The notes under the pieces: model-generated | The model's input: only the letters and a program-made list of their open reading frames with translations | What the model was told of the DNA's origin: nothing | Databases searched by the model: none | Translations under genes and position numbers: made by a program | Assembly (NCBI GenBank): GCA_045589955.1 | Contig: JAZNQD010000004.1 | Span: 122 to 64,121 of the forward strand | DNA from: Bacilli bacterium | GTDB lineage: Bacteria > Bacillota_I > Bacilli_A > ML615J-28 > CAG-313 | Direction: 5' to 3' | Length of the DNA: 64,000 nt | Shown here: in pieces, positions 1 to 10,247 of the stretch | Numbering within the stretch: the stretch's first letter is position 1 | Layout of the letters: each line of letters starts with the position of its first letter

Positions 1-110
1 TGGTAAGATTAACTTATTTGTAACTAAAGATGATTATTGCTTATATTATATTTTATGTTATAAATGATGAATAAAGATAATCAGAATATGTTAAATTTTT
101 AATACATATA

Positions 111-139
111 ACTTGATAAATAATTAAAAATATAGTATA
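111..139 (+). promoter_or_regulatory. sigma-70-like promoter for rpmG (TTGATA -35, 17-nt spacer, TATAAT -10)
   Basis: Perfect hexamers at 111-116 and 134-139, followed by the AGGAGG RBS at 153-158. Confidence 0.55.
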
Positions 140-166
140 ATATAGAAGATTTAGGAGGAATTATAA

Positions 167-322
167 ATGCGTATTAATGTAATTTTAAAATGTACAGAAT
201 GCGGCGAAGAAAATTATTTATCAGAAAAAAATAAACGTAATACTCCAGACCGTTTAGAACAAAAGAAATATTGTCCTCGTTGCAAAAAATCTACTATTCA
301 TAAAGAGAAAAATAAAAAATAG
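167..322 (+). CDS. rpmG: 50S ribosomal protein L33
   Basis: 51-aa [44 protein letters not shown] with the CxxC...CxxC zinc-ribbon arrangement typical of L33. Strong AGGAGG RBS 8 nt upstream. Below the 60-aa ORF-track cutoff; found by reading the sequence. Confidence 0.85.
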   Translation: MRINVILKCTECGEENYLSEKNKRNTPDRLEQKKYCPRCKKSTIHKEKNKK

Positions 323-333
323 TTTGAAATTAA

Positions 334-361
334 GACCTGCTTTTAAAAGCAGGTTTTTAAT
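334..361 (+). terminator. Rho-independent terminator after rpmG
   Basis: Hairpin ACCTGCTTTTAAAAGCAGGT followed by TTTTT. Confidence 0.7.
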
Positions 362-423
362 TTTGGCTACAAGTTTTGACAAAATATTCACACTGTTTGT
401 AGTTTAATAATATGGGTGATTAT

Positions 424-2103
424 ATGGCAAAACTTAAAAAAGCAAAACTTAGTATGAATAATAAAGAAAAATCATTTGCCTTTGAAGTAATGGGAATTGT
501 ATCAATCTTAATTTCTCTGATTTCAATTGCAAGATTTGGATTTATTGGAAAGTATCTTGTCCTAGCATTTAGTTTATTGTTTGGTGATTGGTATTTTGTC
601 TTTATTGGCCTTGTAGGTATGTTTGGTGTATATTGTTTAGTTTTCCATAAGAAAATAGAAATAAAGAGTGTAAGATACTATGGTATTTTCTTAATCCTTT
701 TATCCTTATTAATTATAACTCATTTTGGTATGCATGAATATGTTAGTCAATTTGAAGGTAATGCTTTAAAGACAACCTTAAAAATATATTTTGATTATTT
801 TAAATCAAATAGTATTCGAATGATTAAAGGTGGGGGTATCGTCGGGTGTTTTTTCTTTTATGTTTTTTATTTTCTTTTAGGTAAAATTGGGACAATACTT
901 GTTAGTCTTATCTTAATGTTTGTTGGAATTGTGTTTCTTACTAAAAAAACAATTCGAGAATTTATTGAAATGATAGTTAAGTTTGTTAAAAAAATATATT
1001 TGTTTATTCAAAAGAGATTTAAAAATGTTATTGAAAGTGTTGTTGAAATTAGTAAAGACTATGGAAGTAAAAAAATATTAAAAACAAAAAAAGGTAAAAT
1101 ATTTATAAAAAATGAAAAAGAAGCGATGAATAAAGAAGAACTTGAAAACTGCGAAAAAATTGTTAATATTTTAAAAGATGCATTTGAGCACTTAGATGTT
1201 GAAGTATTAAATATTACTTATTTAATCTGTGAACATATTATTGTTTATTTTATTAAAACGAAAGAAGAAGTAAATTACCGTGTTCTTGAATATAGTTTAA
1301 ATGGAAAATTAAATGAAAATTTTCTTTTAAAGTATGATAAATTTAATGAACAATTATTGCTTGAAATTAATAAGAAAGATCCTAATCCTTTAAGTTTTAA
1401 AAAAGCTCTTAAAGAAATGTCAAAAGATTGTTCATCGCTTGTTCTTGGAATTGATGACAGAAATTTGCTGGTGGAACATGAAGGTAATCTTTTAATAATT
1501 GGTAAAAATAAAGATTTTGTTAAAAAATATTTACTTAGTATAATGTGCTTTTCAAAAAACTTGAAAAAATATAAAAATGAAGAGCTATGTTTAATTGATT
1601 GCTATAAGACTTTTGATTTAACTAGTGAGTTTATAACTGTTATAAAAGATTTAGATTATCTTGATATGATTATTGAAGAGATTGATCAAAACCTAGAACT
1701 ACTTAATCTTCATCATAAAAAGGATATTGAAGAATATAATCTTTTTTATCAAAAAAAGATAAAGAAAAAATGTTATTTTCTTCTTGGTATTGAAGAAATA
1801 GTTTATAAAAAAGGAATATTTGATAAACTATTATATATCGTTCAAACGGGTAATATGGCAGGAGTTAATGTAGTTTTAACAATTTCACAAAATGTTCATT
1901 TATCTTCTATACTTCTTAGTTCAATTGAAAAAAAAGTAATTCTTGAAAATGATTTTGACTTTACTAAATCTTTAGTAGATAATTCATACTTTGAAATATT
2001 AAATAATGATGTTGAAGGATTTTATAAAGAAAGAGATTTAATTATTAGAATAGCACTGCTTTGTATGAAAGATGACGAATGGGAAAAAAATATAAAAAAA
2101 TAA
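424..2103 (+). CDS. FtsK/SpoIIIE-family membrane protein with degenerate (probably inactive) ATPase motor and no gamma domain
   Basis: N-terminal 4-5 TM helices. The C-terminal region aligns with the SpoIIIE/FtsK motor. LVLGIDDRNLLVEHEGNLLIIGKNKDFVK matches [35 protein letters not shown] but the Walker A is lost. GVNVVLTISQNVHLSSILLSSIEKKVILENDFDFTKSLVDNSYFEIL matches [42 protein letters not shown]. Start moved to the second ATG at 424, which has a GGGTGA RBS; the ORF-track start is 412. Confidence 0.6.
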   Translation: MAKLKKAKLSMNNKEKSFAFEVMGIVSILISLISIARFGFIGKYLVLAFSLLFGDWYFVFIGLVGMFGVYCLVFHKKIEIKSVRYYGIFLILLSLLIITHFGMHEYVSQFEGNALKTTLKIYFDYFKSNSIRMIKGGGIVGCFFFYVFYFLLGKIGTILVSLILMFVGIVFLTKKTIREFIEMIVKFVKKIYLFIQKRFKNVIESVVEISKDYGSKKILKTKKGKIFIKNEKEAMNKEELENCEKIVNILKDAFEHLDVEVLNITYLICEHIIVYFIKTKEEVNYRVLEYSLNGKLNENFLLKYDKFNEQLLLEINKKDPNPLSFKKALKEMSKDCSSLVLGIDDRNLLVEHEGNLLIIGKNKDFVKKYLLSIMCFSKNLKKYKNEELCLIDCYKTFDLTSEFITVIKDLDYLDMIIEEIDQNLELLNLHHKKDIEEYNLFYQKKIKKKCYFLLGIEEIVYKKGIFDKLLYIVQTGNMAGVNVVLTISQNVHLSSILLSSIEKKVILENDFDFTKSLVDNSYFEILNNDVEGFYKERDLIIRIALLCMKDDEWEKNIKK

Positions 2104-2146
2104 CGAGTTAAATTTAATAAATTTAACTCGTTATTTTTGTTTTTTA
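2102..2146. terminator. Bidirectional terminator between convergent FtsK-like and rarA genes
   Basis: Hairpin AACGAGTTAAATTTAATAAATTTAACTCGTT flanked by A-run and T-run. Confidence 0.6.
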
Positions 2147-3363
2147 AGTGATTCGATAAAATCGTATCGATCTTTCAAACCTTGCTCAAATTTTGAATTA
2201 ACTTTTGGTTCATAGTATTTTGTTCCAACAAGAATATCTGGCAAATATTGTTGCACAACATAACTGTTTGGATAATCATGCGGGTATTTATAACTTGTTT
2301 GACGAGGATCAAAAGAATAAGTGTTTTTTAAGTGTAGTGGTAAAGATCCACTTCTGCCATTTTTAATATCTTCAGTTGCTTTTTCTAACGCAAGATAAGC
2401 ACTATTTGATTTTGGTGATAAAGCAAGTTCAATTGTGATTGCGGCAAGAGGAAGTCTAGCTTCAGGTAATCCTAATTCTCTTGCTGCGTCGCATGCAGCT
2501 TTTACTCTTGGCGCAAGTGTTGGATTTGCAAGCCCAACATCTTCATAAGCAACGCATAATAATCTTCTAGATATACTTTGTAAATCATCGGATTCTAATA
2601 ATTTTGCTAGATAGTGTAGTGCCGCATCAGGGTCGCTTCCTCGAAGTGATTTATGAAAACCACTTAATGTATCAAAGTAACTATCGCCATTATCATCAAT
2701 ACTAACATTAGCTTTTTGAATTACTTTTATTGCATCGTTTAGGGTAATATGGTCAGTAGTTGCAGTATTAATTAAAGTATCAAAAGAGTTGATAAAGGTA
2801 CGAATTTCAAGATTTGACATATTAATTAGATAATTAACAACATCATCATCAATCTTTATTTCACTTCCTTTTAAAGAATGGGCTCTTTCATAAATTTTAT
2901 ATAAATCATCATAGCGAAGATCATTTAATTTATAAATATGGCATCTTGATCGAATTGCCGGATTGACAGAATGATATGGATTAACTGTTGTAAGTCCAAT
3001 CATTGTAAGAGTTCCATTTTCAACATAAGGTAAAAGATAGTCTTGAATGTCTTTTTTCATTCGGTGTATTTCATCAACAACAATAATAGCATTATCACAA
3101 AACTTAGCTTCTGTTGTAATTTGCTTTAGAGAATCTTTGTTGTCAGTTGAAGCGTTAAATTTAAACCAACGCCAAGTGCTTAGCTTGCATACTGCTTCAG
3201 CAATTGTTGTTTTACCACAACCTGGATTGCCATAAAGTATGAAAGAAAATAGGCAATTTTTGTTTAACATCTTTGTAATAATTCCATCTGACCCTACAAG
3301 ATGATCTTGACCAACAATATCTTCGAATGATGTTGGTCGCATTAAATATGCTAAAGGTTTCAT
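2131..3363 (-). CDS. rarA: Replication-associated recombination protein A (RarA/MgsA, AAA+ ATPase)
   Basis: Walker A GNPGCGKTT, Walker B VVDEIHR, and sensor motifs. The C-terminal MgsA-specific helical domain is present. 410 aa. Confidence 0.85.
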   Translation of the reverse strand: MKPLAYLMRPTSFEDIVGQDHLVGSDGIITKMLNKNCLFSFILYGNPGCGKTTIAEAVCKLSTWRWFKFNASTDNKDSLKQITTEAKFCDNAIIVVDEIHRMKKDIQDYLLPYVENGTLTMIGLTTVNPYHSVNPAIRSRCHIYKLNDLRYDDLYKIYERAHSLKGSEIKIDDDVVNYLINMSNLEIRTFINSFDTLINTATTDHITLNDAIKVIQKANVSIDDNGDSYFDTLSGFHKSLRGSDPDAALHYLAKLLESDDLQSISRRLLCVAYEDVGLANPTLAPRVKAACDAARELGLPEARLPLAAITIELALSPKSNSAYLALEKATEDIKNGRSGSLPLHLKNTYSFDPRQTSYKYPHDYPNSYVVQQYLPDILVGTKYYEPKVNSKFEQGLKDRYDFIESLKKQK

Positions 3364-3438
3364 AAAAGCCTCCTTAAACTAGTTCTATTATATCAAAAAA
3401 TGTTTGTTTTGCAAAATAAAAAGATAACCCATGTTGGG

Positions 3439-4893
3439 TTATCTAGTATTTTCAGAGACAATATTTGTTTTCATTTGTTTATTAACTTTAATTATTGTCA
3501 TGACGATAATTGGTGCAAAAATTGCAAGACATAACCATTCGGCAACTGGGAATGCAATCCAAACTAAATCAATGTTATGAGTTAAGAATGTAATTAAAGT
3601 TGCAAGAGGTATAAGAATAAAAGCTTGTCTTAATAAGTTTAATGCAGCTGACTTGATTCCATGACCAATTGCTTGGAATAAAGAAGAACAAATAATATTT
3701 CCAGCTGCTGCTAAGAAACTAATTGATACAATTCTTAAAGCAATTACGCCACGTTCAGATACAGCTGGGGTAATACTTAGAATTTGTAATAGCAAATTTG
3801 GCGCTGTTTGGAATAAAATTAATCCTAAGGTCATAATTAATAGACCAAAACTCATTGCATAAATAAATGTTCTATTAAATCTTTCGCTTTTCTTAGCTCC
3901 ATAGTTGTATCCTAAGATTGGCATTACACCTTGATTCATACCAAAAACAGGCATAAAGACGAATGATTGTAGTTTGAAGTAAGTTCCAAGGACGGTTGCA
4001 CCAACATTTACTTTTTGTCCATCAATCTCAACTGGTGCATATTGGAAGATGTAGTTTAAGATAATTGTTGAAATCGAGTTGATACTATTAACAATTGTCA
4101 CCGCAATACCAACATTAAAGATTTGCTTAATCATAGTAAATGAGAATTTAAAATTCTTAAAATTAAATGAAACAGCTTGTTTTTTTAATAAAGCAAAACA
4201 AACAACAAAGATACCGGCAATAATTTGGCCAATAACAGTTGCAATAGCGGCACCTCTTATTTCTAAACCAAAGCCAAAGGGCATTACAAATTCACCAATG
4301 AATGGGGCAGAATAAGTAGCCCCTGATTTAAAAATAAAAATTGGGTCTAAAATAATATTTGTGATGGCTCCAATTAATTGACTAAACATTGGTATTTTCA
4401 TATTACCAGTACTTTGTAAAATTTTATTGAAAATTGTTTCTGCAAACATCCCAAAACTAAATCCCATAGTAATTGATAAATACTGGATTGCCATGTTCTC
4501 CACATTTTCTGGTTGATCATAAATCATTAAAAATAATTTAGGTAAGAAAAAGCTACATACTATGGCAATTAAAATTGCACAACCACCCAAAAATAGCCCA
4601 GTTAACGCTGCCTTGGAAGCTTCTGAATGGTTACCTTCACCAAGCTTTCTTGAAATAAGGGAGTTAGTACCAATCCCAATACCAAGAGCAATGGCAAAAA
4701 AGATCATTTGTAAAGGGAAAGCAATATTTAACGATAGCATCTCAGTATCGGTATCTGAAATCATTCCGACAAAGACACTATCAACGATATTATATAGTGC
4801 TTGAACAAGCATTGAAAACATTGCCGGTATTGACATTGCTGCCATTAACTTTAATATAGGCATTTTACCTAATTTATTAGAATTATTTTCCAT
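3439..4893 (-). CDS. MATE-family multidrug/oligosaccharidyl-lipid efflux transporter
   Basis: 12-TM protein with a typical MATE N-terminus (KLMAAMSIPAMFSMLVQALYNIVDSVFVG). Start moved to the internal ATG at 4893, preceded by an AGGAGG RBS; the ORF-track start at 4914 would place the RBS inside the coding frame. Confidence 0.75.
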   Translation of the reverse strand: MENNSNKLGKMPILKLMAAMSIPAMFSMLVQALYNIVDSVFVGMISDTDTEMLSLNIAFPLQMIFFAIALGIGIGTNSLISRKLGEGNHSEASKAALTGLFLGGCAILIAIVCSFFLPKLFLMIYDQPENVENMAIQYLSITMGFSFGMFAETIFNKILQSTGNMKIPMFSQLIGAITNIILDPIFIFKSGATYSAPFIGEFVMPFGFGLEIRGAAIATVIGQIIAGIFVVCFALLKKQAVSFNFKNFKFSFTMIKQIFNVGIAVTIVNSINSISTIILNYIFQYAPVEIDGQKVNVGATVLGTYFKLQSFVFMPVFGMNQGVMPILGYNYGAKKSERFNRTFIYAMSFGLLIMTLGLILFQTAPNLLLQILSITPAVSERGVIALRIVSISFLAAAGNIICSSLFQAIGHGIKSAALNLLRQAFILIPLATLITFLTHNIDLVWIAFPVAEWLCLAIFAPIIVMTIIKVNKQMKTNIVSENTR

Positions 4894-5065
4894 AAAACAC
4901 CTCCTAAAAACCATTGAATATTATACTAAAAAACAGCAAAAAAATCAAAAGAATAACTAAATTTATTTATGATATTTACTTGAATTCAAGATTTTAATTA
5001 AAAATAAAGTAAAATTGATAATATTATGCTATAATATAACAAAAGATAATTGGGAGGCTATTTAT

Positions 5066-5755
5066 ATGGCTAAATTATTAATTGTTGATGATGAAATCCA
5101 AATAATCGAACTAATTAAAAAATATGCAAAATTTTCTGGTCATGAGGTTGATGAAGCTTATAATGGTAAAGATGCTATTGAAATGCTTAAGAAAAGTGAT
5201 GATTATAATTTAATCATTATGGATATCATGATGCCTCAAATGGATGGTTTTACTGCAGTAAAGGAAATTCGAAAGTTTTCAACTTTGCCAGTCATTTTAT
5301 TATCAGCGCGTAGTGAAGAGTATGATAAACTTTATGGATTTGACTTAGGAATTGATGATTATGTTACAAAACCATTTTCACCTAAAGAATTAATGATGCG
5401 TGTTAGCGCAATCTTAAGTCGTTATGAACGTAAAACTCCAGTTGTGTTACAACCAATGGAAGATCTTATTACATATCAAAATTTAATTATCAATCTTAAT
5501 GAACATGTTGCATATGTTAATAAACAAAGGGTTGAATTAACACTTAAAGAATATGAACTATTAGTTTTATTAATGGAAAATGCTAACATTGCTTTAAAAC
5601 GTGAGGCTATTATTGAAAAAATCTGGGGTTTGAATAATCGTAATAACGAAAGAACACTTGATACACATGTTAAATCAATTCGTAAGAAAATCGGTGAATA
5701 TGCATCAAATATTGTAACAATTAGAAGGGTTGGGTATCGCTTTGAGAAAAGATAA
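5066..5755 (+). CDS. OmpR-family response regulator (receiver plus winged-helix DNA-binding domain)
   Basis: MAKLLIVDDE...IIMDIMMPQMDGF receiver motifs. The C-terminal winged helix ends RRVGYRFEKR. GGGAGG RBS upstream of the ATG at 5066. Confidence 0.85.
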   Translation: MAKLLIVDDEIQIIELIKKYAKFSGHEVDEAYNGKDAIEMLKKSDDYNLIIMDIMMPQMDGFTAVKEIRKFSTLPVILLSARSEEYDKLYGFDLGIDDYVTKPFSPKELMMRVSAILSRYERKTPVVLQPMEDLITYQNLIINLNEHVAYVNKQRVELTLKEYELLVLLMENANIALKREAIIEKIWGLNNRNNERTLDTHVKSIRKKIGEYASNIVTIRRVGYRFEKR

Positions 5756-7217
5756 AATCAGTTTAAAGTGGAAACTTTTCCTATATATTCTTATATTTGC
5801 TAGTGCAATCATTTTATTATTCGCCTTATTCCAAATGTTGTTTCTTGATGATACATATCGATGGATTAAAACAAGAGATATTAATAACCTAACAGAAGAA
5901 TCAGTTGCTTTAATAAAAGATAATATTGATGAAAGTTACGAAATTGATAATTTAGAACAATCACTTCGCACGAAATTATCGCGATTAGCTGATGAAGATG
6001 AAGCATATATTTATATTTTTAAAAAAGAAAAAGAAGAATATAAGTTAGTATTTGAAACAGGTAAGGGTGGTTCTTATATAACATTAAATGATAACATCAG
6101 TTCAATTGGGGACAAAGCAAATGCTGGAAACTTTAAGGATCAGTTTTATGTAATTTTTAGAGAAGATAACAATCAAATGTTTGAAACACTTGTTGTAAGT
6201 GATAGTAAAGCCCAAGAAAAAGATTATCTAATATCAGGATCTTTTTTACTAAGCAATTACATCCTAATTGTTGATTCACGTTTAACACCTGTTGAACCAG
6301 CTGTAATGGCGATGCAAAGCCAAATCTTATACATTTCCTTAATTGTTATTGTTCTTGCAATTATTGTCGCTTTGTTACTTTCACGTTCAATTGCTAAACC
6401 AATTATCAAAATTAATGATTCTGCAAAACAAATGGCTAAAGGAAACTTAGATGTTGAATTCACCGGTGAAGGGTACAAAGAAATAACGGAGTTAAATAGT
6501 ACCTTAAATCATACCGCACAAGAATTAAAGAAAACTGAAACACTTCAACGCGAGTTACTGGCTAATGTTTCTCATGATTTACGAACTCCACTTACTTTAA
6601 TTTCTGGGTATGCAGAAATGATGAAGGATATTCCGGAAGAAAAAACAGAAGAGAATATTTCAATAATTGTTGATGAGACAAAACGTCTATCAATGCTAGT
6701 TAATGATTTATTAAGTTTATCACGTATTAAGTCAAGAACAGAAGAACTTAACTTAACTGTCTTTGATATCAAAACATTACTTGAAAGTATTATTGAACGT
6801 CAAAACAAATTTTTTGAAAACTTACATGCTCGTATCAATATGCACACAAATGAACAAAAGGTATTAGTAAAAGCTGATAAGTCAAAGATTGAACAAGTTA
6901 TCTATAACTTTATTACTAATGCTATTAATTATAGTAAAGAAGAAAAAATTGTTGATGTTTATTTAGAAGTGAATAATAATATTGCTATTATTAAAGTTCG
7001 CGATTATGGTATTGGTATCAAAGAAGAAAATCTTGAACATATTTGGCAAAGATATTATCGTGTTGATAAGGGTTTACAGCGTTCTAGTCAAGGAACTGGT
7101 CTCGGTTTATCAATTATTAAAGAAATTCTTGAATATCATAATTTTAAATATGGTGTTCAATCTATTGAAAGTGAAGGAAGCACTTTCTATTTTGAAATTC
7201 CTGTTGAAAAGGATTAA
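5730..7217 (+). CDS. Sensor histidine kinase (two TM helices, about 160-aa extracytoplasmic loop, HAMP, HisKA, HATPase_c)
   Basis: H-box LLANVSHDLRTPLT; N-box NFITNAINYS; G-boxes DYGIGI and GTGLGLSI. The start overlaps the end of the response regulator; a probable TTG start at 5730 or 5742 is uncertain. Confidence 0.8.
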   Translation: MGIALRKDKISLKWKLFLYILIFASAIILLFALFQMLFLDDTYRWIKTRDINNLTEESVALIKDNIDESYEIDNLEQSLRTKLSRLADEDEAYIYIFKKEKEEYKLVFETGKGGSYITLNDNISSIGDKANAGNFKDQFYVIFREDNNQMFETLVVSDSKAQEKDYLISGSFLLSNYILIVDSRLTPVEPAVMAMQSQILYISLIVIVLAIIVALLLSRSIAKPIIKINDSAKQMAKGNLDVEFTGEGYKEITELNSTLNHTAQELKKTETLQRELLANVSHDLRTPLTLISGYAEMMKDIPEEKTEENISIIVDETKRLSMLVNDLLSLSRIKSRTEELNLTVFDIKTLLESIIERQNKFFENLHARINMHTNEQKVLVKADKSKIEQVIYNFITNAINYSKEEKIVDVYLEVNNNIAIIKVRDYGIGIKEENLEHIWQRYYRVDKGLQRSSQGTGLGLSIIKEILEYHNFKYGVQSIESEGSTFYFEIPVEKD

Positions 7218-7358
7218 AATTAAAAGTTTATAATTTGTTTATATTTTTGTTAATATTATTTAATATGTAGGTAGTATACTATATGTACACATTTAGTGGT
7301 ATCACGTTGTATGCGCCCTCATTCGTATAACGTGATTTTTTTTATTATGGAGGTTTAA

Positions 7359-8591
7359 ATGACAAAAATACGTAAAATATTTATACTTATTGCTTTTGCA
7401 TTTATTTTATCTTTATCATCTTGTGTAACACCATCTACACAATATACTGATGTTAAAGTTAATGTTACAAATGAAGTTACTAATAAGGTTGTTGATTATA
7501 CTAACATTACAATTACTGATTTTGAAAATGCCCTTAAAGAAACAACCAAAGCTGTTGAAAGATCTGTTGTTGGGATTAATGTTAAGTCAGCCACTTTAGT
7601 TGATTATAATGGTCAATTATTACTATCTGAAGATGTTATTGGCTATGGAAGTGGCGTTATTTATAAACGTGAAGAACTTCCAAATAAGCAAGGATTTAAA
7701 TATCATGTTGTTACTAATGCCCATGTTATCCTAGATGAGGAAGAAGAAGTAGCACCTTATATTTATGATGGCTTTGAAGATGTAGAACTTAAAGCAACTG
7801 TCGTTGGCTATGATGTGAAGTTAGATATTGCTGTATTAACATTTGAGCATACAACATATTATGATCCAGTTGATTTTGGTGATTCTGATAAAGTTGAAAA
7901 AGGTAGTTTCGTTCTTGCTTTAGGTTCACCAAAAGGACCTCAATACTACGCAAGTGTTACGCAAGGTGTTATTAGTGGTAATATTCGTTATTTACCTTCT
8001 GATACTGATGATGATGGTGTTAATGATTTTAATGCATGTTATATCCAACATGATGCGGCTATCAATCCCGGTAACTCAGGTGGTGGTTTATTCACAATTG
8101 ATGGTAAATTAATTGGTATTAATTGTATGAAACTTGTTTCAAGTAATAGTGTTGATGTTGATAATATTGGTTTTGCTATACCTGTAAATGTCGTTAAGAA
8201 CATTGTTGAAAATTACATTGAACCAGGCGTGAAAATCACTCGACCACGTCTTGGTATTACAACTATTGAAGTAAAACAATTAACACCACTATTAATTCAA
8301 TCAAATGAGTTATTACCAATTCCAGTAGAAATCTATAATGGAGAAACTCCTTATGGTGTCTATGTTACTGATTCAGTAGCACCTAACTGTTCTTTATCTA
8401 ACAGTGGAATTTCTAAACACGATATTGTCCTAGAATTTGATGGGCAAAAAATTAAAACATTTACACCAATTGCATCGCAAATGAATTCTTTATCAAAATA
8501 TTTAGTTGGTGATGAAGTAACTATTAAATTTTACGATCGTAGTGAAAACACTGTTAAAACAATTATTGTTACTCTTGTTAGTCCAGAATAA
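7359..8591 (+). CDS. HtrA/DegP-like trypsin-fold serine protease lipoprotein with C-terminal PDZ domain
   Basis: Lipobox LSLSSC. Catalytic His (HVVTNAHV), Asp (DIAVL) and Ser (GNSGGGLF) present. PDZ-like C-terminus. Follows the two-component system. Confidence 0.75.
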   Translation: MTKIRKIFILIAFAFILSLSSCVTPSTQYTDVKVNVTNEVTNKVVDYTNITITDFENALKETTKAVERSVVGINVKSATLVDYNGQLLLSEDVIGYGSGVIYKREELPNKQGFKYHVVTNAHVILDEEEEVAPYIYDGFEDVELKATVVGYDVKLDIAVLTFEHTTYYDPVDFGDSDKVEKGSFVLALGSPKGPQYYASVTQGVISGNIRYLPSDTDDDGVNDFNACYIQHDAAINPGNSGGGLFTIDGKLIGINCMKLVSSNSVDVDNIGFAIPVNVVKNIVENYIEPGVKITRPRLGITTIEVKQLTPLLIQSNELLPIPVEIYNGETPYGVYVTDSVAPNCSLSNSGISKHDIVLEFDGQKIKTFTPIASQMNSLSKYLVGDEVTIKFYDRSENTVKTIIVTLVSPE

Positions 8592-8597
8592 AATTAA

Positions 8598-8625
8598 AAA
8601 CGATTGTTTCAATCGTTTTTTTTCT
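8598..8625 (+). terminator. Rho-independent terminator after the htrA-like gene
   Basis: Hairpin AAAAACGATTGTTTCAATCGTTTTTTTT. Confidence 0.7.
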
Positions 8626-8683
8626 TGTTGCTTTACAATAAAGTTTTTAAATGGTATAATATGAGAACATAAGGTGAATAAAA

Positions 8684-10240
8684 ATGTTGTTAAATGTCGA
8701 AAATCTAAATTTATCTTTTGAAAAAAAACGCATCTTTAATAATGCTAACTTTCGTATTTTACCTAATGAAAAAGTTGGATTAATAGGTAATAATGGTGTT
8801 GGTAAATCAACATTAATTAATATTTTATGTGGTAATATTATACCAGATAGTGGAATAATCAACTTTGATAAAAATATTAAAGTTGGTTATTTAGACCAAT
8901 ATATGAAAGTTGATAAAAAACTTAATATTGATGAATATCTAAAACAAGCCTTTAAGCATTTATATGCAAAAGATCAAGAATTGAAAAGTTACCTTGAAAT
9001 TATTAGTACAAGTAAAGATGAAGTTTTAATCGATCGTTATGTTCGTTTATCTTCATCAATTAATGAAGAACTTGAAAATAAAGATTTTTATGCCCTTGAT
9101 TCTAAAATAGCACGAATCGCTAGTGGCTTAGGAATTACTAAATATGGTATGAACTCCTTAATGGGAAATTTATCAGGTGGGCAAAAGATGAAGGTAATTC
9201 TTGCAAAATTATTGTTAGAACAACCTGATTTATTGATTCTTGATGAACCTACAAACTTCTTAGATACGATTCATATTGATTGGTTAGTTAAATATTTAAA
9301 AGAATATAAAGGGAATTTTTTAATTGTTTCCCATAATCAAACTTTTCTTAATGAAGTTGTTAATGTTATTTTAGAAATTGATAATAATAAAATAACTAAA
9401 TATAAAGGAAACTATGAAACTTATTTAGTAAAAAAAGCTCAAGCGGAATTAAACTATGAAAATGCTTATAAAGCTCAAGTTAAAGAAATCAATAATCTAA
9501 AAGAATATATTGAAAAAAATAAAACAAGAGCTTCAACAGCTAAAATGGCTAAAAGTAGAGAAAAGAAGTTAGAAAAAATAGAACTATTAGAAAAACCCCA
9601 TAGTTCTGATATGCATATTCATTTGACATTTAATTATAAACCAATTGCTTCTCAAAAGTTTTTAGAAGTAAAGAATTTAGAAATTGGCTATTATTTTTCA
9701 TTACTACCAGAAATGTCTTTCTTTATTAAAAGTGGGACAAAACTAGCAATAACTGGCTTTAATGGAATTGGAAAATCAACCTTATTAAAAACTCTTGTCG
9801 GTGAGCTTAAACCAATATCTGGAAGTTTTGCTTTTGTTGATGATGCACTCATTGCTTATTTTGAACAAGAACATAACTTTGATGATCCTAATTTAACTCC
9901 ATTACAAGAAATTCGCAATATTTATCCTTTGATGGATGATAAAACTATTCGTGGTGTGTTAGCTAAAGTTGGGTTGACTAATTTTTTAGCTTTACAACCA
10001 ATAAAGACTTTATCAGGTGGCGAACAATCAAAATTAAAACTTTGTAAGATCATGCTTAAAAAAGCCAATGTTTTAATTCTTGATGAACCAACTAACCACT
10101 TAGATAAAGTTGCAAAAAAAGATTTACTAAAATATTTAAAACAATATCCAGGAACAGTGATATTTGTTTCTCATGAAAAAGAATTTATTGATAAACTTGC
10201 AACGCAAGTTTATAATATTGAAGATTTATTAACTAGTTGA
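8684..10240 (+). CDS. ABC-F family ATPase (two ABC cassettes, no TM domain; translation/ribosome-associated factor)
   Basis: Two Walker A motifs (GNNGVGKST, GFNGIGKST). Two ABC signatures (LSGGQKMKV, LSGGEQSKL). A charged inter-domain linker. 518 aa. Confidence 0.8.
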   Translation: MLLNVENLNLSFEKKRIFNNANFRILPNEKVGLIGNNGVGKSTLINILCGNIIPDSGIINFDKNIKVGYLDQYMKVDKKLNIDEYLKQAFKHLYAKDQELKSYLEIISTSKDEVLIDRYVRLSSSINEELENKDFYALDSKIARIASGLGITKYGMNSLMGNLSGGQKMKVILAKLLLEQPDLLILDEPTNFLDTIHIDWLVKYLKEYKGNFLIVSHNQTFLNEVVNVILEIDNNKITKYKGNYETYLVKKAQAELNYENAYKAQVKEINNLKEYIEKNKTRASTAKMAKSREKKLEKIELLEKPHSSDMHIHLTFNYKPIASQKFLEVKNLEIGYYFSLLPEMSFFIKSGTKLAITGFNGIGKSTLLKTLVGELKPISGSFAFVDDALIAYFEQEHNFDDPNLTPLQEIRNIYPLMDDKTIRGVLAKVGLTNFLALQPIKTLSGGEQSKLKLCKIMLKKANVLILDEPTNHLDKVAKKDLLKYLKQYPGTVIFVSHEKEFIDKLATQVYNIEDLLTS

Positions 10241-10247
10241 GGTATTT

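Noticed and set aside
3047-3235. Small internal and antisense ORFs listed in the track (also 4079..4315, 4562..4804, 6257..6478, 6572..6772, 12105..12305, 13823..14525 and others)
   Set aside because: All are nested within or antisense to long conserved genes (rarA, MATE, HK, polC) and lack independent signals.
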